Source: Candidatus Dormiibacterota bacterium
GTDB lineage: Bacteria > Chloroflexota > Dormibacteria > Aeolococcales > Aeolococcaceae
DNA: 43,449 nt
Direction of reading: 5' to 3'
Assembly (NCBI GenBank): GCA_003170875.1
Contig: PMYJ01000048.1
Span: 1 to 43,449, forward strand
Both the position numbers and the translations under genes were made by a program. Positions 8,823 through 17,023 of the stretch are shown one piece after another. The stretch's first letter is position 1, and each line of letters begins with the position of its first letter. The notes under the pieces are model-generated. The model ran no database searches. It saw nothing but the letters and a program-made list of their open reading frames with translations, and was not told where the DNA came from.

Positions 8823-9923
8823 ATGTCCGTGCTTGCCGACACCCAGTTCTCCGCCGCCGACGCCATCGCGGAGGGTGAGCCGGTCGTTTTCGCGCCCGAC
8901 GAAGCCCAGCCTGCGCTCCCTCTCTCGCTGAGCCGCCATCTCCCTCTGGTCGAGGACGCCCTGCGCTGGGCGCTCCCCTCCACCACCTCTCCACTCGGGA
9001 AGATGTGCGCGTACCACCTCGGTTGGGTCTCCCCCGACGGGACACCCACCGGAGGCGGCGGGGGGAAGCTGTTCCGGGCGTCGCTCACCCTCTGGGCCTG
9101 CGAGGCGTGCGGCGGTGAGGTCGACTGGGCGATCCCGGCCGCGGCGGCCGTCGAGCTGATCCACAACTTCACCCTGGTCCACGACGACATCCAGGACGGC
9201 GACTCCACCCGGCGGCACCGGCCGACGGTGTGGGCGATCTGGGGTGAGGCCCAGGGGATCAATGCCGGCGACGGCCTCTTCGCCACGGCCTACATGGCGC
9301 TGCTGGCCCCCGGCCCCCGCTCCGACCGGCGCATGCGGGCCGCTCGCGGTCTCAGCCAGGCGGTGCTCGAGGTCATCGAGGGGCAAAGCCTCGACCTCGC
9401 CCTGGAGGGCCGGCCGGACACCCCGCGCGCGACCTACGTCCGGCTGATCACGGCCAAGACGGGGGCCCTGCTCGGGGCATGCATGGAGATGGGGGCGATC
9501 CTCGCCGGGGCCTCGCCGCGGACGGTGACCAAGCTCCGCAACGCCGGCCGCCTTCTCGGCGAGACCTTCCAGATCCGGGACGATTGGCTGGGGAGCTTCG
9601 GCGACCCGGATCGGACCGGCAAGGGGCGCACCTCCGACCTGGCCCGGCGCAAGCTGACCTACCCAGTGGTGAGCGCCTTCTCCCGGGCTTCGTACGCGGA
9701 GCAGCGCCGGCTCTGCCAGCTCTACGCCGACCCCGAGGCGGAGGACGGCGAGGACCAGATCCGCGACATGCTGGGCTCACTGGGCGAGCCTGCCGCGACT
9801 GCGGCGGCGGCGACGCAGACTGTCAACGCGTCGATGTCCGCGGTCGCCAGCTCCGGACTGGAGGCTCGGTGGGTCGATGACTTCGCGGCGATCGCACGTT
9901 TCGTTGCCCACCGCACCGGCTGA
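8823..9923 (+). CDS. Polyprenyl diphosphate synthase (FPP/GGPP synthase family)
   Basis: First Asp-rich motif LVHDDIQDGD and second motif FQIRDDWLG, with a strong SD upstream. Confidence 0.9.
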   Translation: MSVLADTQFSAADAIAEGEPVVFAPDEAQPALPLSLSRHLPLVEDALRWALPSTTSPLGKMCAYHLGWVSPDGTPTGGGGGKLFRASLTLWACEACGGEVDWAIPAAAAVELIHNFTLVHDDIQDGDSTRRHRPTVWAIWGEAQGINAGDGLFATAYMALLAPGPRSDRRMRAARGLSQAVLEVIEGQSLDLALEGRPDTPRATYVRLITAKTGALLGACMEMGAILAGASPRTVTKLRNAGRLLGETFQIRDDWLGSFGDPDRTGKGRTSDLARRKLTYPVVSAFSRASYAEQRRLCQLYADPEAEDGEDQIRDMLGSLGEPAATAAAATQTVNASMSAVASSGLEARWVDDFAAIARFVAHRTG

Positions 9924-9971
9924 CGGAGCAGCCCGCGTGACGCCCGCGCGCTCGGCTGACGAGGCCTAGCC

Positions 9972-11252
9972 GTGGCTGCCGGCAGCGCCTCCCCCCTGCC
10001 CGACGATCCTCCGGGCATCGTCGACCGGAAGGCGGAGCACATCCGGATCAACCTCGAGGAGGACGTGGCCGCCAAGGGTGTGACCACGGGCTTCGAGCGC
10101 TACCGCTTTGTCCACCGCGCCCTCCCCGAGATCGACCTGGAGTCGGTGAGCCTGGAGACGTCGTTCCTGGGGCGCCGGCTGGGTGCCCCCCTCCTCTTCT
10201 CGTGCATGACCGGGGGCACCCCGCGCGCCCGCCAGATCAACCGCACCCTGGCGGCGGCGGCGCAGCGCCACCGGGTGGCGATGGGCCTCGGCTCCTGCCG
10301 GGTGCTGCTGGAGCATCCCGAGGTGCTCGCCACCTTCGCGGTCCGCGACCTCTGCCCCGACGTGCCCCTGCTCGCCAACCTGGGCGCGGTCCAGCTCAAT
10401 CTCGGGGTGGGGACAGCCGCCTGCCGCCGGATCGTCGACGTGCTCGAGGCCGACGCCCTGGTGCTGCACCTCAACCCGCTCCAGGAGGCGCTCCAGCCCG
10501 AGGGCGACACCCGCTTCGCCGGGCTCTTCCGCCGGATCGAGGCGCTCTGCGCGGCGCTCGAGATCCCGGTCATCGTCAAGGAGGTCGGCTGGGGGATCGC
10601 CCCCGACCTGGTGGCCGCCCTCTTCGATGCCGGTGTCGCTGCGGTCGACGTCGCCGGGGCGGGGGGCACCTCCTGGAGCGAGGTGGAGCGGCACCGGATC
10701 GCCGACCCGGTGCGGGCTCGGGTGGCGGCGGCCTTCGCCGACTGGGGGCTGCCCACCGCCGACGCGATCCGGCTGGCCCGGGAGGCCGCTCCCCGGGGGA
10801 CCCTGATCGCGAGCGGCGGTATCCGGGGCGGGGTCGAGGTGGCGATGGCGATCGCCCTCGGCGCCGACCTGGCGGGCAGCGCCGGCTCGATGCTCCGGGC
10901 CGCCGACCTGGGCGAGGAGGCGCTTGACGCGGCTGTCGACGAGATCACCGACACGCTGCGCATCGCGATGTTCTGCGCGGGGGCCCGGGATGTCGGCAGC
11001 CTCTTCCGAGACGCCCGGCTCCTATCCCGGGCCGCAGGCGGCGCGGGGACCCCTGAGCTGCTTACAGGGGCTCGCCCCGCCCCACGCGGCAGGCCGCGCG
11101 GGGGCCCCCCCTCTTCCCACAGGGGCTCGCCGTCCCTCGCCGGCGCGGCAGAGCCGCGCTCGGCTCACCCCGCCATGGACGCGGCGCGGCAGAGCCGCGC
11201 TCGCCTCACCCCGCCTCAACACTCCGCCGCGGGCGGCGCGGCCACGCCGTGA
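9972..11252 (+). CDS. fni: Type 2 isopentenyl-diphosphate delta-isomerase (FMN-dependent), with a repeat-derived 3' tail
   Basis: DRKAEHIRINL, FSCMTGGT, VIVKEVGWGI and VAGAGGTSW motifs. The recognisable homology ends near LRIAMFCAGARDVGSLFRDARLL (about 11030). The last 70 or so codons are read through repeat DNA up to a TGA that overlaps the next gene's GTG. Confidence 0.85.
   Translation: MAAGSASPLPDDPPGIVDRKAEHIRINLEEDVAAKGVTTGFERYRFVHRALPEIDLESVSLETSFLGRRLGAPLLFSCMTGGTPRARQINRTLAAAAQRHRVAMGLGSCRVLLEHPEVLATFAVRDLCPDVPLLANLGAVQLNLGVGTAACRRIVDVLEADALVLHLNPLQEALQPEGDTRFAGLFRRIEALCAALEIPVIVKEVGWGIAPDLVAALFDAGVAAVDVAGAGGTSWSEVERHRIADPVRARVAAAFADWGLPTADAIRLAREAAPRGTLIASGGIRGGVEVAMAIALGADLAGSAGSMLRAADLGEEALDAAVDEITDTLRIAMFCAGARDVGSLFRDARLLSRAAGGAGTPELLTGARPAPRGRPRGGPPSSHRGSPSLAGAAEPRSAHPAMDAARQSRARLTPPQHSAAGGAATP
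11058..11215 (+). repeat. Composite array of a GC-rich double-hairpin repeat: one degenerate copy, one full copy, and one duplicated 3' half
   Basis: 11105-11180 matches 13995-14070 at 71 of 76 positions (counted by hand). cttacaggggctcgcc recurs at 11061. gcggcagagccgcgctcg[g/c]ctcaccccgcc occurs at 11145 and again at 11186. Confidence 0.85.
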
Positions 11253-13027
11253 GCGCCGAGGTCCGGGACGGTTCCGCATCGCTCAGCCGGCGCGAGGCCG
11301 ACGCCCTCTGCCTCCGGATGGCCCGGCGCCACTACGAGAACTTCTCGGTCGCGTCGCTCGTGGTGCCCCGCCCGCTCCGGCTCCACCTGGCCCGGATCTA
11401 CGCCTTCTGCCGGACCACCGACGACCTCGGCGACGAGAGCGGCGAGGACGCGCTCTGGCGGCTGCGGCTCTGGCAGTCCGAGGTCGAGGCCATGTTCCGG
11501 GGGCGCCCGCCCGTCCACCCGGTGCTGGTCGCCCTGGCCGGCACGGTCCGCCGCTTCGAGATCCCACCCGAGCCCTGCCTCGACCTGATCGCCGCCAACG
11601 TGCAGGACCAGCGGGTCAGCGCCTACGCCACCTGGGAGGAGCTGCGCGACTACTGCATGCTCTCGGCCGCCCCGGTCGGCCGGATGGTGCTCCGCCTCTT
11701 CGAGGTGGCGGACCCGCGGGCGGTGCCGCTCTCCGACGACGTATGCATCGGGCTGCAGCTCGCCAACTTCGCCCAGGATGTCGCCGTCGACCGGGGCAAG
11801 GGACGCACCTATCTGATCCAATCTGAGCTGGACCGTCTCGGCCTGCCCGGTGCGGTGGAGGCCATGTGCGACCGCGCCCTCCAGCTGCTCGGGTCAGGCC
11901 GTGAGCTGGAGCAGCTCCCCATGCCGGGACGGCTCCGCCTCCAGCTCCGCCTCTACCGCCGGGGCGGCGAGGCGATCATCGAGGCGATCCGCCGCGAGGG
12001 ATTCCGGACCGATCGCAGCCGGCCGCAGGTCGCGACGGCGACCAAGCTCGGCCTGGTGGCCGGCGCCGTCTCGGAGGGTGTCCGCGCGCGGAGCGACGGC
12101 TCCCTGGCCGCCGCCGAGCGGTACTGCCAGCGGATGGCCCGCCGGGAGGCCGGCAACTTCTACTGGGGGTTCATCGCCCTGCCCCGCACCCAGCGGATCT
12201 CCATCTACGCGCTCTACGACTTCGCGCGGCAGATCGACGACGCGACCGACGGACCCGGGGCGACCGACGCCGGGGTCTGGCTCGACGTGAGCTCCGGGCG
12301 CCACGACCTGGAGCGCCCTCCCGCCGATGGAACTGCCCGCGCCCAGCTCGAGCTGCAACGGCGGCGACTGCGTCGGGCACTGGCGGGCGACCCCGCCGGC
12401 GACCCCGTGATGCAGGTTCTCGCCCGGGCGGTCCAGCGCCACAGCATCCCTGCCTCGGAGCTGGAGGAACTGGTGAGCGGGGTCGAGATGGACCTCCACC
12501 AGAATCGCTACGCCACCTGGGAGGAGCTGCGCGGCTACTGCCAGCTGGTGGCCGGGGTGGTCGGCCGGATGTGCGTGCGCATCTTCGGCTTCGACAGCGA
12601 CGACGCCTTGGAGCGCGCCGACTCCCTGGGCGCGGCCCTCCAGCTCATCAACATCCTTCGGGACGTCCGGGAGGACGCCTCGCTGGGGAGGGTCTATCTT
12701 CCCCAGGACGAATTGGCCCGGTTCGGCGTCTCCGAGACCTCGCTTCTCGCCGGCCGGCCCGACGGCGCCTGGACCTCGCTCGTCGAGTTCGAGGCGGCCC
12801 GCGCGCGCCGCCTCTACGCTTCCGGGATCCAGGTCTGCGAGCACATCCCGGGACCCGCCCGCGCGTGCGTCCGCACCATGGCCGGGATCTACAGCGGCAT
12901 CCTCGACCGCATCGAGGCGGAGCCCGAGCTGCCCCTCCGGCAGCGGGTGCGCCTCTCCTCCGGGGAGAAGGCGGGGGTGATGCTCCGCTCCTGGATGTCC
13001 TCGACCGCGGCGGGCCGCGGACGATGA
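11249..13027 (+). CDS. hpnCD: Fused HpnC-HpnD protein (two squalene/phytoene-synthase-fold domains: hydroxysqualene synthase plus presqualene diphosphate synthase)
   Basis: The N-terminal half has ENFSVASLVVP, FCRTTDDLGDES and LANFAQDVAVD. The C-terminal half has GNFYWGFIALP, YDFARQIDDATD and LINILRDVREDASLGRVYLPQDEL. Both ends are GTGA/ATGA-coupled to the neighbouring genes. Confidence 0.85.
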   Translation: MSAEVRDGSASLSRREADALCLRMARRHYENFSVASLVVPRPLRLHLARIYAFCRTTDDLGDESGEDALWRLRLWQSEVEAMFRGRPPVHPVLVALAGTVRRFEIPPEPCLDLIAANVQDQRVSAYATWEELRDYCMLSAAPVGRMVLRLFEVADPRAVPLSDDVCIGLQLANFAQDVAVDRGKGRTYLIQSELDRLGLPGAVEAMCDRALQLLGSGRELEQLPMPGRLRLQLRLYRRGGEAIIEAIRREGFRTDRSRPQVATATKLGLVAGAVSEGVRARSDGSLAAAERYCQRMARREAGNFYWGFIALPRTQRISIYALYDFARQIDDATDGPGATDAGVWLDVSSGRHDLERPPADGTARAQLELQRRRLRRALAGDPAGDPVMQVLARAVQRHSIPASELEELVSGVEMDLHQNRYATWEELRGYCQLVAGVVGRMCVRIFGFDSDDALERADSLGAALQLINILRDVREDASLGRVYLPQDELARFGVSETSLLAGRPDGAWTSLVEFEAARARRLYASGIQVCEHIPGPARACVRTMAGIYSGILDRIEAEPELPLRQRVRLSSGEKAGVMLRSWMSSTAAGRGR

Positions 13028-14553
13028 AGACCGCACCGCCGGTGGCGGCTCCACGCGACGGCGTGACGGCGCTGGAGAGCGTGGACGCGGCCCCCGCCCG
13101 TCACGTCGCCGTCGTCGGCGCGGGGCTGGCCGGGTTGTCCGCCGCGCTGGCGCTGAAGCGCGAGGGCTGGAGGGTGACCCTGGTGGAGCGCAGCCGCCTG
13201 CTCGGCGGCAAGACCACCTCCTTCCAGCTCGGCGGGGTCGAGATGGACAGCGGCCAGCACGCGATCCTCGGCTGCTACACGAGCTTCCTGGAGTTCGTCG
13301 AGGAGCTGGGGATGCGGGGTGACCTCCGCATCCAGGAGCGCTTCGACGTGCTGATGCTCACCGAGACCGGTCGCGCCCGGCTCCGCGCCCTCCGCCTGCC
13401 CGCGCCGCTGCATCTGGCGCTCCCGTTCCTGCGTTTCCGGGCCCTCGGCCTCCGGTCGCGGCTCCAGGTGGCGCGCGCGCTGCTCGCCGCCAAGCGGCCC
13501 CGCAGCGGGGAGGAGGACGAGACCTTCGCCGCCTGGCTCCACCGCCACGGCCAGGGGACGCAGGCGCAGCGGGTCTTCTGGGAGCCGTTCCTGGTCCCCG
13601 CCCTCAACGCCCCGTTTGACCGGGTGAGTGCCGCCGCCGGCCTGATGGTGGTCCGCACCGCCCTGCTCGGCAACCGCGATGCCGCCCGGATCGGCTACGC
13701 GACCGTGCCCCTCGCCCGCTTCGCGGAGCGGGCGGCGGAGCGGTGTGACGAGGTGCTCCTGCGCACCCCGGTGACCGGGCTCCAGGTCGAGAGCGGCGAG
13801 CTCCGCGGGCTACTGACCGGCGGTCTGGAGATCGGTGTGGACGGTGCCGTCCTCGCCATCCCGCCGGAGCGGCTCGTCCGGATGGCCGGCGTGGAAGCGC
13901 TGGGGGTTCCGGGCCTGAGCGCCTTCACCACCCAGCCGATCGTCGACGTGCATCTCTGGTACCAGCGGCCCATCGGCGCAGGCGCCGATGGGGACCCCCA
14001 CTCTTCTTACAGGGGCTCGCCGCCCCTCGCCGGCGCGGCAGAGCCGCGCTCGGCTCACCCCGCCATGAACTCTGCCAAGGACCCTGCGGCCGTCTGGCCG
14101 TACCTCGATTTCGCCGCCATGACCGGCTCGCCGGTGCAGTGGATCTTCGCCAAGGGACCGGGGTATCTCTGCTGCAGCCTGAGCAGCGCCGACGACCTGG
14201 TCTCCCAGCCCGAGGAGCGCTTGGTCGCCCTCGCCGACTCCGAGCTGCGCTCCCGGCTCCCGGAGCTGGGTGGTGCCACCCTCCTCCGCGGCGTCGCAGT
14301 GCGCGACCCGGAGGCGACTTTCGTCCCCGCCCCGGGACTGCGGCGCCCCGGGCCGGCGACCGCCCTTGGCAACACGGTCCTTGCCGGATGCTGGACCGAC
14401 ACCGGCTGGCCGGCGACCATGGAGGGGGCGGTGAGGAGCGGGCGCGAGGCCGCCCGGACACTGGCGGCAGCACTGTCAAAGCACGAGCGCGCGACGAGCT
14501 CGCGCCCCACCCCGGCCCGGACGGCGCAGGGCAGAGACGGGGGTGGGTCATGA
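13024..14553 (+). CDS. hpnE: HpnE, squalene-associated FAD-dependent desaturase (hydroxysqualene oxidoreductase), carrying an in-frame repeat insertion
   Basis: FAD fold HVAVVGAGLAGLSAALAL, an amine-oxidase-like body and a SPVQWIFAKG segment. The start ATG 13024 overlaps the hpnCD stop (ATGA). The track ORF from 12571 is a 5' over-extension. Confidence 0.85.
   Translation: MKTAPPVAAPRDGVTALESVDAAPARHVAVVGAGLAGLSAALALKREGWRVTLVERSRLLGGKTTSFQLGGVEMDSGQHAILGCYTSFLEFVEELGMRGDLRIQERFDVLMLTETGRARLRALRLPAPLHLALPFLRFRALGLRSRLQVARALLAAKRPRSGEEDETFAAWLHRHGQGTQAQRVFWEPFLVPALNAPFDRVSAAAGLMVVRTALLGNRDAARIGYATVPLARFAERAAERCDEVLLRTPVTGLQVESGELRGLLTGGLEIGVDGAVLAIPPERLVRMAGVEALGVPGLSAFTTQPIVDVHLWYQRPIGAGADGDPHSSYRGSPPLAGAAEPRSAHPAMNSAKDPAAVWPYLDFAAMTGSPVQWIFAKGPGYLCCSLSSADDLVSQPEERLVALADSELRSRLPELGGATLLRGVAVRDPEATFVPAPGLRRPGPATALGNTVLAGCWTDTGWPATMEGAVRSGREAARTLAAALSKHERATSSRPTPARTAQGRDGGGS
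13995..14070 (+). repeat. 76-nt double-hairpin repeat copy located inside the hpnE coding sequence
   Basis: Hairpin 1 is aggggc/tcgcc/gcccct (14011-14027). Hairpin 2 is gcgcggc/aga/gccgcgc (14033-14049). The element is 71/76 identical to 11105-11180 and is translated in frame as SSYRGSPPLAGAAEPRSAHPAMN. Confidence 0.85.
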
Positions 14554-16484
14554 GTGAGTCGGCCCTGCGGGGCGCGGTGGATTGGCTCCTGGAGCGCCAG
14601 GACGCGGCGGGCTGGTGGACGGCGGAGATGGAGACCAACGTCACCATGACCGCCGAGCACCTGCTCCTCCTCCGCTTCCTCGGCCTCGACCACGCCGAGA
14701 TCGCGGAGGGGGCCAAGGAGCACATCCTCGGCAAGCAGCGCGCCGACGGCAGCTGGCCCCTCTACCACGAGGGCCCTGGCGACCTCAGCACCACCATCGA
14801 GGCCTACGTCGCGCTCCGTCTCCTCGGCTTCGACGCCTCCTGCGCCCCGCTCGCGCGCGCCTGCCATTTCATCCTCGATCAGGGCGGTCTCGCCGAGGCA
14901 CGCGTCTTCACCAAGCTCTGGCTGGCGCTGTTCGGCGAATACCCGTGGGACGGGGTGCCGTCGATGCCGCCCGAATTGATCCATCTGCCGTCTCGCGTCC
15001 CGCTCAACCTCTATGACTTCGCATGTTGGGCCCGCGGCACCATCGCGCCGCTGCTCATCGTGCTGAGCCGCAAACCGGTGCGGGCGCTGGGGTTCAGCGT
15101 CCAGCAGCTGGTCGCGCCGGGCAGCCAGCAGCGGCTCCACCGGGTCCCGGGCTCGGGAGTGTTCTGGTGGCTGGACAAGCTGCAGAAGGCGTACGAGCGG
15201 CTCCCCCGCCAGCCCGGACGCGAGCGTGCCCGGCGCAACCTCACGGAGTGGATCACGCACCACCAGGAGGCGGACGGGAGCTGGGGCGGAATCCAGCCGC
15301 CCTGGGTCTACTCGTTGATCGCGCTCAACCTCGAGGGGATGGAGGTCGACCACCCACTGATGCGCCGCGGGCTGCGCGGCCTGAGCGACCGCTTTGCCGT
15401 CACCGACTCGCAGGGCTGGCGGCTGCAGGCCTGCATGTCGCCGGTGTGGGACACCGCCTGGGCGGTGCTGGCGCTCCGCGCCTGCGGCCTCCCGCGCAGC
15501 TATCCGGCCATCCGCTCGGCGGTCGACTGGACCATCGGTGAGCAGATCCTCACCGGCGGCGACTGGCAGGTGAAGGTGCCCCGCCAGGAGTGCGGCGGCT
15601 GGGCCTTCGAGTTCGACAACGACATCTACCCCGACGTCGACGACACCGCCATCGTCGTGCTCGCCCTGCTGGAGGGTGGCGAGGGACGGCGCGCGCGAGT
15701 CGCGGCGGAGAGGGGCGCGCGCTGGGTGGAGGCGATGCGCTCGCGCAACGGCGCGTGGGGATCGTTCGACAAGGACAACACCCGGAAGCTCGTCTACCGC
15801 ATCCCCTTCGCGGACTTCGGGGCGATGCTCGACCCCCCGAGCGAGGATGTCACCGCCCACGTGCTCGAGATGCTCGCCGGTCTCGGACGGGGATCCGGTG
15901 ATCCGCTGGTCCGCGGGGGGCTCCGCTACCTCGCGCGCGAGCAGCGTGCCGCCGGCTCGTGGTACGGGCGCTGGGGCGTGAACCACGTGTACGGCACCTG
16001 GTGCGTGCTCTCGGCGCTCTCCACCCTCGGCTGCAGCGGCTCCCGCGCGCGCCGTGCCGTGGCCTGGCTGCTCCGGGTACAGAACGAGGACGGCGGATGG
16101 GGGGAGAGCTGCCACTCCTACGAGGACGAGAGCTTCGCCGGGGTCGGAGTCAGCACCGCCTCGCAGACCGCCTGGGCGGTCATGTCGCTGCAGCGAACCG
16201 GCCACGGCGAGCATCCGGCCTGCCGGCGTGGCCTCGACTTCCTCCGGGAGCGGCAGCAGGGGGGCACCTGGCCGGAGCCGGAGTACACGGGGACAGGGTT
16301 CCCGGGCGACTTCTACCTCAACTACGGGATGTACCGGCACCTCTTCCCCACCATGGCCCTGGGGATGGCGGGAGGACTCGAGCGGATCGCGGGAGCGCGC
16401 GGCGACCTCGTCGGGCGACGGGCGACGGCGGACCGGAAGGCGGCAACGGCGGACCTGCGCGGCTCGCGGAGGACGGCGGGATGA
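14550..16484 (+). CDS. shc: Squalene-hopene cyclase
   Basis: DxDD catalytic motif (YPDVDDTAIVVLAL), repeated QW-type motifs (DGSWPLY, DGSWGG, GAWGSF, GSWYGRWG, DGGWGE), about 644 aa. ATG 14550 overlaps the hpnE stop. Confidence 0.95.
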   Translation: MSESALRGAVDWLLERQDAAGWWTAEMETNVTMTAEHLLLLRFLGLDHAEIAEGAKEHILGKQRADGSWPLYHEGPGDLSTTIEAYVALRLLGFDASCAPLARACHFILDQGGLAEARVFTKLWLALFGEYPWDGVPSMPPELIHLPSRVPLNLYDFACWARGTIAPLLIVLSRKPVRALGFSVQQLVAPGSQQRLHRVPGSGVFWWLDKLQKAYERLPRQPGRERARRNLTEWITHHQEADGSWGGIQPPWVYSLIALNLEGMEVDHPLMRRGLRGLSDRFAVTDSQGWRLQACMSPVWDTAWAVLALRACGLPRSYPAIRSAVDWTIGEQILTGGDWQVKVPRQECGGWAFEFDNDIYPDVDDTAIVVLALLEGGEGRRARVAAERGARWVEAMRSRNGAWGSFDKDNTRKLVYRIPFADFGAMLDPPSEDVTAHVLEMLAGLGRGSGDPLVRGGLRYLAREQRAAGSWYGRWGVNHVYGTWCVLSALSTLGCSGSRARRAVAWLLRVQNEDGGWGESCHSYEDESFAGVGVSTASQTAWAVMSLQRTGHGEHPACRRGLDFLRERQQGGTWPEPEYTGTGFPGDFYLNYGMYRHLFPTMALGMAGGLERIAGARGDLVGRRATADRKAATADLRGSRRTAG

Positions 16485-17020
16485 TGGTGGCGGAGGCCGG
16501 CATTCTGGTGGGTGCGCCGCTCGAGACCGTGCGCGAGGCGGTGCTCGACCCCGATTCGTACACGAAGTACGAGACCAAGGTCGGTGCGGTCGAGGTGAGG
16601 GAGCGGTACGACGGCGGCCTGCTGGCGCTCATCCACGGCAACCTGGGACCGTTCCGGTCGGCGATCCTGGCCCGCTACACCATTCGCGGCGACGACGTCG
16701 ACCTGCAGATGCTGGAGGGACGCCTCCGAGCCTTCCACGCCGTCTTCCGCATGTCGCCGCAGGATGGCGGGACCTGGCTGGTCCACCGCGAGGAGTACGA
16801 CTTCGGCTACGGGCCCCTCGGTCCGCTCCTCGACCGGGCACTGCACGGCTGGGCCACGGGCACGGTGCAGGCCGAGGTACGGGCATTGCGCCGCGCCGCG
16901 GAGGCACGTGTTGCAGCGGCTTCCGGCGCACTCACCACAGACGCCCCCGTGACAGCGGGGAGGGCGGTGACCGGACCGCTCTCCGAGAGCCCCGCACCCC
17001 ACCGGACAAGGGAGGACTGA
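16481..17020 (+). CDS. SRPBCC/START-like (polyketide cyclase/dehydrase-type) lipid-binding-fold protein
   Basis: MMVAEAGILVGAPLETVREAVLDPDSYTKYETKV... has the typical SRPBCC N-terminus and size. It ends in a low-complexity tail. Its ATG overlaps the shc stop (ATGA). Family call is by pattern only. Confidence 0.6.
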   Translation: MMVAEAGILVGAPLETVREAVLDPDSYTKYETKVGAVEVRERYDGGLLALIHGNLGPFRSAILARYTIRGDDVDLQMLEGRLRAFHAVFRMSPQDGGTWLVHREEYDFGYGPLGPLLDRALHGWATGTVQAEVRALRRAAEARVAAASGALTTDAPVTAGRAVTGPLSESPAPHRTRED

Positions 17021-17023
17021 GAG

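Noticed and set aside
12571-13023. 5' extension of the hpnE ORF (track start 12571)
   Set aside because: It lies inside hpnCD in another frame. The FAD-binding fold begins just after ATG 13024, which is ATGA-coupled to the hpnCD stop.
13024-14553. hpnE as a pseudogene disrupted by the repeat
   Set aside because: The insertion keeps the reading frame, conserved segments continue on both sides, and the ATGA coupling to shc is intact. I therefore kept it as a CDS and flagged the insertion as a finding.
14055-16340. 761-aa minus-strand ORF opposite shc
   Set aside because: It is antisense to a gene with unmistakable cyclase motifs, and its translation is low-complexity Arg/Ala/Gly/Pro.
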